From positions 62,001 through 126,000 of the forward strand of contig NIVC01000717.1 of the NCBI GenBank assembly GCA_002269645.1: a DNA stretch of 64,000 nucleotides. The letters run 5' to 3'. Shown here one piece after another: positions 1 to 11,462 of this stretch (positions within the stretch are counted from its first letter, which is position 1; the number at the start of each line of letters is the position of its first letter). The notes beneath the pieces were generated by a model. The model was not told where the DNA came from. It searched no databases and was given only the letters and a program-made list of their open reading frames with translations. The position numbers were made by a program, and so were the translations under genes. This stretch comes from Macrostomum lignano (taxonomy: Eukaryota).

Positions 1-171
1 TACAGCCGCGAAGTTGTTGTCGGCGCGAGCCTGCACTCCGTCCGGGTCGCTGTCGGCGTCCACAATCCCACGAGTCAGATATCTTCGACCGAACCGTCGG
101 AACTGCTTGGCTTGAAACTTCAGGAACTGGGTGTACACTTTCGGATAATCAGTCTGACTGTACCACCAGTT
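1..171 (-). CDS. Downstream exon of the ankyrin-TRP channel (continues beyond the left edge of the window)
   Basis: Acceptor CCTTGCAG at 172-179 (minus), then open frame NWWYSQTDYPKVYTQFLKFQAKQFRRFGRRYLTRGIVDADSDPDG... to position 1. Phase 0 matches the GTAAGT donor at 735. An intervening small exon cannot be excluded. Confidence 0.65.
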
Positions 172-735
172 CTGCAAGGCAAGGGCCAACATTTAAGTTA
201 AACAGGCTAAATGCATCTTAATTAATAGTGTGTGCTCAACGTTCATTTAGTATGCAGCAGAGAGAAACAGAGAGCGGATAAACAATAGCTTTCAAATAGT
301 TTAAAAAGCTCTTCTTACCTGTTTAAGAGCAATCCATAGTTTACATATTAGCTACAATAGAATCTTGCGCTGCTACGTATGCAGAGAAAATTTTGTATTA
401 CCACTTCAAAAGTCTCTTGCTTCTCTTGAAGATGACAATATCAGACACGCGTCTACTGGTTTGTGGAAAGTATATATCGGCAATGCAAAAAGCTTGCACG
501 CGGCAGGTAAAGGAAGTATAGCATAGAATTTCTGCTCAGCCTAGCTAATGGGTGTATTTTAGCCTTAAGGCAAAGCCAATTGAAGAAGTCTAGGTGTCAG
601 AGACCCGTCCTGGCAACATCATCTGGGTTCGAGTTCACTTTTGACAGCGGAAAACAAAGTTGAGTTTGGAGGTGTTAGAGAGTGTTAAAGGATGAATATA
701 CATTTTAAATGCTTTAAAAAGCGACTGACACTTAC

Positions 736-3700
736 CGTGCTCTTACTGTAATGCTCGACATTTTGTAGTGCATCGCGAAATGACCAGTAAATGTAGAAAA
801 GTCCGACGAAAATCGCATAAATCACATAGATTGGTGACGGGACGGCGCACATCCGGTTGCACTCAACCAGCATGTCGAAGTACATTCTTCTCCAGACTAT
901 CTTGGACTTGCTGGCAATTTTGCTCACTCTCAGGCTAAACAGTGCAATCAGTAGATTAACCATGACGATGTTAACCAGCAGAAGGAATACAAACATGAAG
1001 CAGTTGTAGAACGCATCACTGCCTTGGTCATAGGCCATGGAGCCGATTTCATACCCAGTAAGGTTGGTACTGTTCACGCTATTAAATTTAATCTCGTCGA
1101 AATTAGTGAACATTAGCTTCAAGGGAAGCGTAAACACCTGGACAAGCGACAGCCAGTAGTTCGCTCCCGCTGGAACAGGGAACAGCAAGTGAAAGAAGAA
1201 AATCCCGAAGGAATATATCACAATCAGAATTACTGACAGAAACGGTAGCAGGTCCAGAAGTAGCAGTTGAACCAGCATCATAACCATGGGCCCCGTCTTC
1301 TCAAAGAATGTCAAAAGTGAAATCAGACGAATTCCCCAAATTAGGAAGCTGGCAGCTGTGAGCATTCTACCGGAGTAGTCTTTATAAAGCAGAACGCCTA
1401 GAAAACCAACAAAAAAAGAGGCCGCACTGGCCAATTCTAGCCAAGAGAGTGCTCTGTTGGTGCTCGAGAAGGGCAGGGAAGACCTGAATATTACACGAAA
1501 AGCCAACTTGAAATGATTTGAAATTCCATAGACAGCGAAGGCATACATCAAAACTTGATCGTAAATATACGTATTACTAGACAATGAATAAGCTTCATTC
1601 CGTATCGGAATTCCAATACTAAATAAAGACAGCAAGATTAAAGCTAACACATCGGACGCGCAGTACGAATAAAACTTTGCACGTGGTGAAGCGGCTGGAT
1701 ATCTCTCTAGCCAAATAATACCGACACCACTCTTAACGTCTTCATCGTTAGGCAGCAGATCCCTAGTCAGACTGCTGTGCCGGTTCTTCCATTCCGTGTC
1801 GGCCAGCTTGGTCATGCACTCACTGACAAACAGCTCATCACAATCAGCTTCCAGCAGCAGTCGCACAGTTGTGCACGGCTCAATAGCATCCTTCTTAGTC
1901 TCGCCAAGCATGCCCGACGTCGGGTGCACACAGGTGAACTGCGGGCCGCTACTTTTTGGCTCCATCCGGCCGCAAATATAGTCGAAGAGCAGTTGCTGCT
2001 CATAGGCGCTGGCATTGCGAAACATTTCATCAAGAGCGTTGAATGCAATGCATTTGAGCTTCTGTCTCAGTTCCTTAATCTCCTCGCGCTGCTCAGGAAT
2101 CTCCTTCAACTTTCGCTTGAGCTCAGTTAGTACTTTCAGGCATGTAGGAATTAGCTCGAACTGTCTCGTGAGCACTAGGTCCGGTATGATCTTGAATTTA
2201 TTGAGAAACAACGCTGTCTCAATGATGGACATCTCTGTTGCCTGAGTAAGATTTTCAGGATGTAAAATCGATGCAGCCAAGTACTCAGTTTCCAGGCTGA
2301 TGAAGCCCATGCTTATTGCACTACGCAGAATCTCAGGCGCGTCAAGTTCAATAGAAGTGACAAGAAGGTTTACACCTGAGAGTGCTCTCTGATGTTGCTT
2401 AGGGACACTCGCTGATACACTGACGGAGCTCAGAACTCTGTTGGCCGTCTCCCTATCAGGCAGATCCAATGCTCGCTTCGGCAAGTCCAGAAGTCTCAGC
2501 AGGTTTGTCTTTCTCCCGCCACTGCTCAGAAATGCTTTCTCAACTGCGCCATCCTTTCCACTGTTGCAGGCAAAGTCGATCGGTGTGAGTCCGTCATGGG
2601 TCGGTGAGGACAGCGACAAGCCCTTTTCAATGAGAAACTTGATGTTGCCCTCATGACCTGCTTGACACGCAAAGTGAAGACAAGAAGCTCCTCTGTGAGT
2701 TCCTGACGAGACTGTCAGTGACAGCAGTTGGGATGCTTCGATGCCAGATAAGCAGGCAAGTGGCTCAACAAAGTCTTTCAAGCGGTACCTGGTGGCAGCG
2801 AGATGAACCGCATGCGTCCCGGTTGAGCTGTGAAGCATCGCCTTGATCAGCTTTCCAACATTGTTGGTGTCCACGGCCGCTTCTAAAATTTGCTTCAACA
2901 AGTTCTCTCGAATTTCGCACACTTGGAGACAAGTCTTACCAATGCTGTTCTCAGTTCCCGGATTTACTCCGGCTTTGGCAATGAGCTTCAGCGATTTGAT
3001 GAAGGCTTCTATGCCGCTAGTTGCCGTAGTGTTCATGAAGAGTGCGTGCATCAGGGTGTTGCCGTCAGCGTCAACGCGAGTCATTTCATCGCTTGTTTTG
3101 AAAGGCTCGAGTGCAGCCACGTTCCAGTTGAAGCTCGCATAGAAAAGCGGGTTTCTCCCTGATGCGTCCAAGGATTTCAAGGACTTATCGAGTTCGCCAG
3201 GGAAATTTTCCTTCAAGAAATTGTAAGACTTGACGTTCGCAAAAGCAAGGTGCACCACTGTTTTGTTGTTTGTTATTTCGCCAGAAGATGCAGTCACTCG
3301 CGAGCTTCTTCACAGCGGCATCAGTGAAAGTGAGCATGCCCCGGGAGATAGCGAGATGCAATACTGTGTTGCCTGCGTCATCTGCGGCTTTGAGAACAGC
3401 AACCCTGGCAGCTGGTAGCAGCTCCAATAGAGTGGCCTCATCTTCACGGTGTGCCAAGCAATGCAGCACTGTCTGACCCAGTTTGTTCTGCTTCAACAGG
3501 CCTTCTGAGCCAGAAATCCTGAGTGCAGTGAGAAGTGCTTCTGAACAGTCTGTCCTATGGGCCATGTAGTGCATGCACGTGTTTCCAGAAGTGTCCTGCA
3601 AGCTGACGCATGCGGTATTCATTGCATTCAGCAGTCGCAACAGCACGCTTGGCTGGCAGTGCACCGACGCCAGATGTAATGCCGTCTCTGACTTGTTGTT

Positions 3701-5058
3701 TAACCAGCAGGGGCATCTGAGATTTCTCAGCAGTGCTGCTTTATGCTTATCTAACATGGCGTTTTTCATAGCCTGCCTCTCAGCGTACTCAAGGACAGCT
3801 AACATTGCGTTATCATTATTTTCGTTCATAGCGGCATAGTGCATCCACGTGTTTCCATCCCAATCAACCAGGCCAAACCTTTGGGCAACTTCCGGGTTTA
3901 AAGGCAACTCTGAAGACAACCTGAGCATTTGTTTTATGGTATCTACTCTGCAGTTTTGAAGCACCAGCTGCAACACCGATTGCTTTTTGTTATTTTTCCA
4001 CCGAAAACTCTTTGGAAAAAACTCAAAAGCCCGAAGTACAGCCTCGTCTGCACCTCGCATGGCAGCATAGTGAATGCTGGAGTTTCCCTGTTGGTCTTTC
4101 GTTTTAAGATGCTTCGTGAGACAGCCACTGCGTGTGTGACCAATCTCTAATAAAGCCGGTATTCTCTCTGCACTGAACTTCTCAATCGACATGTGCAGCA
4201 TTGTTTGTCCAGCGGAGTTCGGAGCAAACAGATCACTGCAACTGGTGGGTGTTGAGTCAACCAGCAGACTCAGCACGTCCTGGTGCTCTATGTTTGAGGC
4301 GGCATAGTGCGCTATGGTGTTTCTGCGTGACGTCTTCAGCATCTTGAGCAGTTTGGAAACCATTTCACCACCATCTATGATGTCAGAGAGGATTTTTCTC
4401 ACGGTGCCAGTAGAATGGCAACCAAGCGAGAGGTGGAGCGGCGTGACCGCCTTGTAGTCGTCTTTGAGCAGAGCTTGAGACCCGAACAGCCCCAGAATGT
4501 GCAGCAATGTGGACTCTCCATCGGTGCTCATCGCTGCATAGTGAGCTGCAGTTCGTCTGCTTTTATCGTGAACATGCTGACCCGAAAAGTCATTGGGTAT
4601 TTGCATGAGCAGTTCATTGGCTTCTGAGAATCTACCAACTTTTGTCAAACGAATAATTCTTCTCATAAAGTCCTTCTCTGCACACTCTTTGAGCACCTCT
4701 GCGGCCTTGTGCGAAGTGTCTGTTGAATCTTGATAGTCGCTTGAAGAATCCTCACGACAATTCATAGTAGTGCCATCTTCTTGGTCCAACTCGGCTTCTG
4801 AGTCGCTACTGTCGCAGTCCAGTTGAAGGACGGCATCGGATTTTACATGCAGACCAGATTGATGAAGTTCAGTGGGTTTCGGCAGCTGTGCTTCATCATC
4901 TTCACCGTCTCGCTGATGGAACTGGGCTGACGACTTTTTTCAGCGAGGCTTTGCTCGGTAGAGCTGCCGCCAATGAAGTTCGCATCGACGTCTACAATTG
5001 TCAACTCCCTGCCGTTGCGGCTGCCGTCACTGCTTCCACTTGATATGTCATCCGCCAT
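736..5058 (-). CDS. Ankyrin-repeat TRP cation channel, one very large exon (about 1440 codons after repairing two 1-nt indels)
   Basis: ORFs 4843-5058, 3185-4789 and 685-3297 join into one reading frame if one A is added to the A6 run (4935-4940) and one removed from the A4 run (3261-3264). About 18-20 ankyrin motifs (GNTxxHxAA-like), pre-S1 SPRAKF, six hydrophobic segments, S5 GPMVMML..DLLPFL, S6 NIVMVNLLIALF, TRP helix SKIVWRRMY and VPSPIYVI. Donor ACG|GTAAGT at 736/735, so the ORF-track tail VSVSRFLKH.. is intronic. Confidence 0.85.
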
Positions 5059-5267
5059 CCTCTGTTAATGGTGGAACGGCTCTCTGCGACGATCTGTGAA
5101 TTAATGGTTTTATAAAATTTTCATTGGCATTTTACGATACAGACATATATAACCTTGCTTACCATGTTATTCCATAAAGGAAGATACTACAGACAGGATA
5201 AAAAATTTCGGGAAAACTTAAATTAAGCCCACAAATACTTCAAAGTAACCCATGCAGCATTTATGCC

Positions 5268-5364
5268 GATGGTGAACTTACGATGGTGAACTTACGATGG
5301 TGAACTTACGATGGAGAACTTACGATGGTGAACTTACGATGGTGAACTTACGATGGTGAACTTA
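5268..5364. repeat. 14-bp minisatellite (GATGGTGAACTTAC) x7
   Basis: Seven near-perfect tandem copies read directly, about 210 bp upstream of the TRP start codon. Confidence 0.95.
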
Positions 5365-6824
5365 ACGGATGACGACGTTATACTGTACGTCGGCCAAACG
5401 TCGGTGTGGTGTAAAATTTGCCATTTCCAGCGACGTTGATAGACGTCAGATTGCTGAACGAGAATGATCTTGTTTTAATGTTTCTTTTACTGCCACAAGT
5501 GCTATCTTTAAAATGACAATTAAATCCGTAGAATAGTGTGTCTGCCCCCCCCCCTTTTAATAGAAGGCGTGGCTGTCACATGAGTTCAAAGCACATTTTT
5601 GAAGTTTAACGTGTCACCTAAGAACTGTTTTGAGCAGAAAGTAAAGAATACTAGCATTTTAAACAGTGCTGTATATTTGTGTTGTAACAAGGACCACTTT
5701 AGTAGAAGGGCAGTGGTCCTTGTGTTGTACATGTGTGCATGAAAGCTATTTGGCATCATTTGCACTCGCATATGTTCTTCAGCATTACTTTAGAGGTTTC
5801 ATACAGTAACTGCGTGGCTTACTTAATGCTCATAAACTTTTTTTTAAGTCACAGAACTATACCTGTTGCGAACCGAGTCAAATTAGCTCGTAATAAGCAC
5901 CCTGGGCTACAAAGCTTGCGACTAAACTAATCCCCATGCACAAAGACACACGCTAGCAACCAGAACCGTAAGCACGTATAAAACGGTAGTTTATTTCAAG
6001 CCATTATACGTAATCTTACCGGAAGTTTTATCGTAGTTCTTGTACTCGTAAAGTGAGTTAAATGCCCCCTAAAAAGAGTGATTGAAAGAGAAAGCTTGCG
6101 AACCGACTGTTGTGCTTTTGTTTTTGCTCCAAAAGCTAGCTAAGGACAGTTGTGAAATGCAGTGCTTATTTTATGCAGATGCACTGAATGCAGAATATCA
6201 GATAGCTTCTATTTTTACTGCCAAACTGAAACTGCAGCGATGCAGTGTTTTTGGGGTTGCAGTGCTGATAGAGAGAGATTTTTTTAGTTGCATAGTGCAG
6301 CCCTTCATCAGTAAAGCATCAACCTGTTTATCTTATTATGCTCAACTGCATGAATGAGTCCTTTTTTCATTGCATTGTACACTTCTAGATTCGAAAAACA
6401 CTTGATACGCCGTACGCGCAGCAGTACAGCAGTTCTGTACTCTCCACTTTCAGATGCATTCTCACGGCTCAATTCCATCTTATCATAGTAGCGAAGGAAT
6501 AAATTGGTATAAGATTATTTAGTGTGGATTCGCACTTGCGCAATAAACCTGTCTGAATTTCTACAAGAGCCAAAGTGCAACAGAGTGGCACGGCTGTGGC
6601 GACTGGCAAGCTTAAACATTTATTCGACAACCTTCTGTACTTTAGCAGAGAGGTGCCCAACCTTCTAGTTTGTTCGGAGATTATGCTACGACCTCCCGAT
6701 GACCCGGTAGTCTTTGATGAAGATGATTCTAGTTAGCCGGAATGAGTTTTGTATACCAGGTGTTTTGAGATCTCCATTATTCACCATAATGTCAAAATAC
6801 CGCATACTGTCATCATGTGCCTGC

Positions 6825-7790
6825 TTGACTTACTTGACTTAGCTGCAGGTCGATTCGAAGACGCAGCGGGGAGGCGAGCGTCGACTATTCCGCTAATCCC
6901 TGAAGAGCCCGCATAGACTAGGGCGCGGGGTCGGTCCGATCTGTAGCGTTGTCTTCGGTGGGGAAGACGGAGGCTCGTTAGGTAGCCCGGAGGAACTGGA
7001 TGAGCCGTGGAATATTCTCGGGTCGGCAGGCGTCGTCCAGGAACGGGTTGGGCCCGAGGTAGTGGAGCCGGTCTCGGTTGAAGGCCGGACAGTAGCAGTT
7101 GAAGGGCTTAGCATCTTCATTTTCAGGGTTGCAAAAGGGGCAGAGTTCGCGTCGGCGGACGCCTCGGAGGAAACAGTGCCTGGTAAAGCAACCGTGACCT
7201 GTGAAGGTCATAATGAGAACGCGGATATCTTTTTCGATTTTAAGTAAAGTTACGTAACGGATCTCACCCGTAAGTAACGGCCGGTCGGACCATTGCGGGG
7301 TAGATCCACCAGAGCCGCTTCGGGGTGAGATCCAAGGTGGTGCCGACGGCTCTGTGCAACAGCGCCAGAATTTCGAGGGCTTTTTGGTTTTGGCCTGAAC
7401 GTGGATAGACCAGCTCAGCCTGTGGTCCAGCGGACGCAGCAGCAGTCCGCTTCTCATGCCGCTTGAGGTTGCGGCGGATGTTGCGCTGGCACCGAGCCTC
7501 GGCCGTGCGCGATCGGCTAGACTGGTGGCCAGAGCGATCGGCGTCACTGGCTGGCCCGGTTGGACCAGGTTGAGCGTTGGAGCTACCGTTGGTAGCTGCC
7601 GGAGCGGCTAATCCCGGTGGGCCAGTGGCGACCGGGTCAGTTTCATTAAAATTGGTTTTTGTGGCCATAGCTGAAAAGCGGGGGAGGGCTACTCGTTACG
7701 CGAGTTGAGTACCCAACTGGCCGACACCTCAAGCCAGCCGGTTTGAAAAAAGGGGACCGCTAGCGACCGGACTACTCCCCAGCCTTACAG
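6825..7790 (-). mobile_element. Internally deleted non-LTR retrotransposon (R1/LOA/I-like), no RT left
   Basis: Minus-strand pieces: ORF1-like N-terminus (MATKTNFNE..), post-RT motif LTPKRLWWIYPAMVRPAVTYG, C-terminal Zn-knuckle TGHG..CPFC..CPAF..R..YLG, and 3' tail CTGCAGCTAAGTCAAGT shared with the 46.7-kb copy. The 5' boundary is uncertain (could extend to about 8170). Confidence 0.75.
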
Positions 7791-9622
7791 CATATCGGCA
7801 AGGTCAACACCTTAGGCATTTGAGGGTACGTGAAGCAGTACCACGGCCTGCAGGCTGGCGAGCCAGACCCGCATATCCAAGTTTGGCCGAAGCCACTGGA
7901 TGGGTCACCAGCGTCGGAGCCCAGTCTGTCCAGCAGCCCTAGGGTCTGCCTTGAACACTCACTGGGACGTGCACCCACCCCTGGGTCGACTTGCGAGACA
8001 GCGTGGCGGAGTCTGTGGCTGCCAGAGGCAAATAGATGGTGCAGACTTCCCACCAGCCTAAACCTGCTGGAGAAAGGGGCAGGCGTGAAGCATCGGAGAC
8101 CTTTAGCCCATAGGCGTAGTCTGTCTCATACTTAACTGGCATGCTGAATGCGCTTTCGTAAGCCATGATCCTGCACGAAAAAGTTATTTTCTGAGTATGG
8201 ATTCCCCAGCAAGATTCCTACCGACCAAGGAAAGCATTGACGCGAGGGCTTTACCACAAAACACCGTAAAAATAAAGCTAAAACGGCCAGGGGGATAACT
8301 TTAAAAAGCAGTGGAATAATTTTTACATCGTATTAATTATTTCACAAGAAAATACCGGATGCCAATAGACAATACTAAATCAGCCGAACTACAATCAACT
8401 AAAACAAGCTCCCTCGACAATCCTGCTTAGATCCAAGCTGGGAAGCTCCAAAACAGATCGCTCAAAGCAGTTTACGAAGTTTTTTCAGAAGATAGGCGAA
8501 GTTTCATGCAAGATTTGTTCCTCTTTTGGGATTTCACGAACTCGAAAGGATTTTATTCTACTAGTGCATCGGTGGAATCATCTGAAAATTTTTCAAGGAG
8601 AGTACGGTACATCCGGAAGAGCCATCAGGACTTCGTAGAGTGTTGTACTGGATGATTGCCTCTTGGTGTCTTTGAGGTCTTGAGGCCCGAGGAATACGAC
8701 GAGACTGAGGCCCAGATTCAAGGTTGGCTCGATGAAACATGCTCCTCGCGCCGATTCGTTTATCTTATCAGAGCTGGCAGAGATAGGTGTCACCCGGATA
8801 GGTTAGTACTCAAATCTAAGGGCAAAACATACGTCAATCGAAATCACCTCGTCTTAAATCTCAATCTTTTTTGCCGAAATGGTCAACGCGATTTTTCTAT
8901 TGTATTTGGTCAAGGGAGGAGTTTGAGACACCGTTGTGAGTAAGGACCCAGCCTAACTTGTAGTTAACTACAACTCTAGCATTTCTAGCGGTTTCGTCTC
9001 AAGATCGTTCCATTAGGCTGATATAAGTTTTGTCTCTGCTCTGGCTTGATGGAGCTCTGGAGCTCTGGAGCTTCAGCCCCAAGAAGAACCCCAATCCTCC
9101 CCAATCGCTGTTCAGAGACTAACAGCGTTCTGTTCAACCCACCTTGAGACCTTCTGACGACATGTAGCTACATGTGTATTTTAGTAAGACGACATGAATA
9201 TCTAGATCCAACCATCCGTTTAAATTTGATGCAATTTCATACCGTGTCTTGCGTAAATTGCTTAATTAAGGCGTATAACACTACCAACAGCAGCGAATCC
9301 GATTATGAGGCTGAAGTGCGCCGAGCTTTACCCGCTGAGGTCGGCCTGTTTCGGCTTCAGCTTGCTGCGGAGTCTGTGCCGGCTGTTCAACTTGACGGCT
9401 TTCTAAACATCTGACGACTGAGAGAGCGTGGAGCCGGAGATGTTTACATACGACAGCTTGAAGGTTGCTAAGAGGCCGTACGCTAATATTTTGTGTATAT
9501 GTGCCAATCTGGCATAACTAATTGATGCAATCGAAGTCCTCTGCCGTAACTCAAGTTGATCAAGTTGACCAGCACCGCTGACCCCTGAGCTCTTAGCTCA
9601 AACACACACACACAGATCACAA

Positions 9623-9697
9623 GTGTACAGCAACCCTGACTTTTCTAATCGCCATAGGCATGTACAATCTCTTCGTGCCTTGGAGGTTGGCCCTCAT
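9623..9697 (+). repeat. Diverged ~72-bp direct repeat, copy 1
   Basis: GTGTACAGCAACCCTGAC...GTGCCTT..GGTTGGCCCTCAT aligns with 10283-10353. Confidence 0.8.
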
Positions 9698-9931
9698 TAG
9701 CCCACGTGGCCAACTTTCGTGCAAAAGCCACTTATAAATTGAACCCGGGTACTCAGACACGTTGGCGCTTAGCCACTCTGTAGCACCGCCTGCAGGATCA
9801 GTGTCGTACGCAGAGGCCGGGGGGGGGGCAAGGGGGGCCGCTCCTACTTTTCGAATTGCATTTATCCAAAACAAATGTCACGGACCCAGCGTTTGCCACC
9901 TTGGACGCGGTACCCACCGGTCTAAGAGATT

Positions 9932-10150
9932 GGGGCGCCAACCGAGAGGCAGGGGCGCCAACCGAGAGGCAGGCGCGCCAACCAAGAGACAGGGGCGCCA
10001 ACCGAGAGACAGGGGCGCCAACCGAGAGACAGGGGCGCCCACCAAGAGACAGGGGCGCTCACCAAGAGACAGGGGCGCTCACCAAGAGACAGGGGCGCTC
10101 ACCAAGAGACAGGGGCGCCCACCAAGAGACAGGGGCGCTCACCAAGAGAC
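9932..10150. repeat. GC-rich 20-bp minisatellite (GGGGCGCCAACCGAGAGACA) x11
   Basis: Eleven tandem units with graded variants (CCAACCG to CTCACCA). Confidence 0.95.
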
Positions 10151-10282
10151 GGATTGACCACATCCTACCGACCACTACCATAAAGTTTGAAATAAATGGA
10201 AAAATTTCGACTGCGGTTGCGTCACCGCTAATTATCTCTGTTCACGGTGCCCCCTTCAAAAAAGTGGCTCCAACCTCCCCTG

Positions 10283-10353
10283 GTGTACAGCAGCCCTGAC
10301 TTTCTATTCGTCAGGCATATACAGTCTCTGTGCCTTAAAGGGTTGGCCTTCAT
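10283..10353 (+). repeat. Diverged ~72-bp direct repeat, copy 2
   Basis: GTGTACAGCAGCCCTGAC...GTGCCTT..GGTTGGCCTTCAT, 660 bp after copy 1. Confidence 0.8.
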
Positions 10354-10710
10354 GCTGTGAATAGCACGATAACCCTTTAAGATTGGGCCTTGGAGTTTTT
10401 AAATTTAAGTTTTTGATTCGTTTCTGCTCATGGAGGAATGGCTAAAGTTATCAAGGGTCATAGGGGAATTGTCTTAATGCTGTGACTCTCAACATAAAAG
10501 AATGTTCTGTCAACCATAAAAAGTGTCACTGGGGATTGCTAAGACGTCATAGAAGCCTTAAGAAACTAATAACTAACTTCTAAGTAACTAGCTACAAACG
10601 AATATTAAAAAACTATATTTATTTATATATTCGTTTGGTTAGCACTTTGACTGCACTTTCACTTGGCTGCATGTTGTTACATGTACGAGCTCGTAGTTCC
10701 AGTTTGTCAT

Positions 10711-11310
10711 TTAAACAGGGTACTGGTTTTGTGCAGGTCCGGTCGTTAATCGCACCAGAACCTCGTATTCCTCGCTTCTGTGCTCGTCTCCGCCGTACGG
10801 AAAGTAGGCGCAATGATGGTTCTTGTGCACCTTGCCCACGCACATTTCGCCCTCGACCTGGAGATTGGAAAACATTGTTTATCAGGTGAGAAGGGTAAAG
10901 TATACCTGCAGTAGTTGTATATTGTCACACAACTTTACAGAAATTACCTCTCCACGAGCGACGTACAGCGGTTCGTCATTCTTCTCTCGGCCAGCCACCA
11001 GCGCCTTCTTCGGTACGTCGCCGCTGTCCTCCCTCACCCACTTGTAGCCTTTGCCGTAGCATCCGATTTCTGAGCAGACCAGCACCTCGTACTCCGGGAT
11101 GGAGTGCTCTTTTCCATCGTAGGGCACGTAGGCATCAGCGAAGCCGTTTGCGACCTTAGCCGGGATCCAGCAGCCCTCAAGTTTAGCTCGGGCTACGTAG
11201 CGCGCATGACCAGCCTCGACAGCGTTCGGCGGGATGTGACCGTCTTTGGCAGGCTGCCAGCTGACGCAGATCTCGATGCCCTTGTGTCCGGCGTGCTTCA
11301 CCTTGCTCAT
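10711..11310 (-). CDS. DM9-repeat (DUF3421) lectin-like protein, copy A, 2 exons (11310-10948, 10857-10711), 169 aa
   Basis: Two DM9 units (W......G..P.NAVEAG..YVARA....IPAKV..AYVPYDGKEH....YEVL and W.....G.VP..ALVAG...EPLYVARG...VGKV...AYFPYGG.EH..EEYEVL); 90-nt GT-AG intron, phase 0. Confidence 0.9.
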
Positions 11311-11389
11311 TGTGCGAGATTATGGCTGTGCGAATGCTTTTACTAAGAGCGCGAAGGTGTGTCAGTTTTTTAGAGTAAGCAGCTGCAGC

Positions 11390-11462
11390 TTAAATAGGCA
11401 CTGCAGGGCCCCCCGTTGGATTTGGTTGGGAAGCGCATTGCAGACGCTAACTGAGCTAGAAA
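11390..11462 (-). promoter_or_regulatory. Putative core promoter of DM9 copy A, duplicated with the gene
   Basis: TATTTAA box in GCCTATTTAAGCTGCAGC about 85 bp upstream of the ATG; same block at about 15943-16040 upstream of copy B. Confidence 0.5.

Noticed and set aside
7790-7860. TTCACGT word as the L3 of an HDV-like ribozyme in the LINE 5' region
   Set aside because: Flanking bases cannot form P3 or the nested pseudoknot; only a simple GGTAC/GTACC hairpin is present.
8656-8943. ORF with RRFVYLI...SIVFGQGRSLR vaguely like a GIY-YIG nuclease
   Set aside because: TTG start, short, motif spacing unconvincing and no supporting exons; needs an HMM search.
10295-10325. CTGACGA-ATA-GAAA on the minus strand as a minimal hammerhead
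   Set aside because: CTGAC is sequestered by GTCAG, no compatible NUH site or stem I was found, and the core is not conserved in the sister repeat at 9623.
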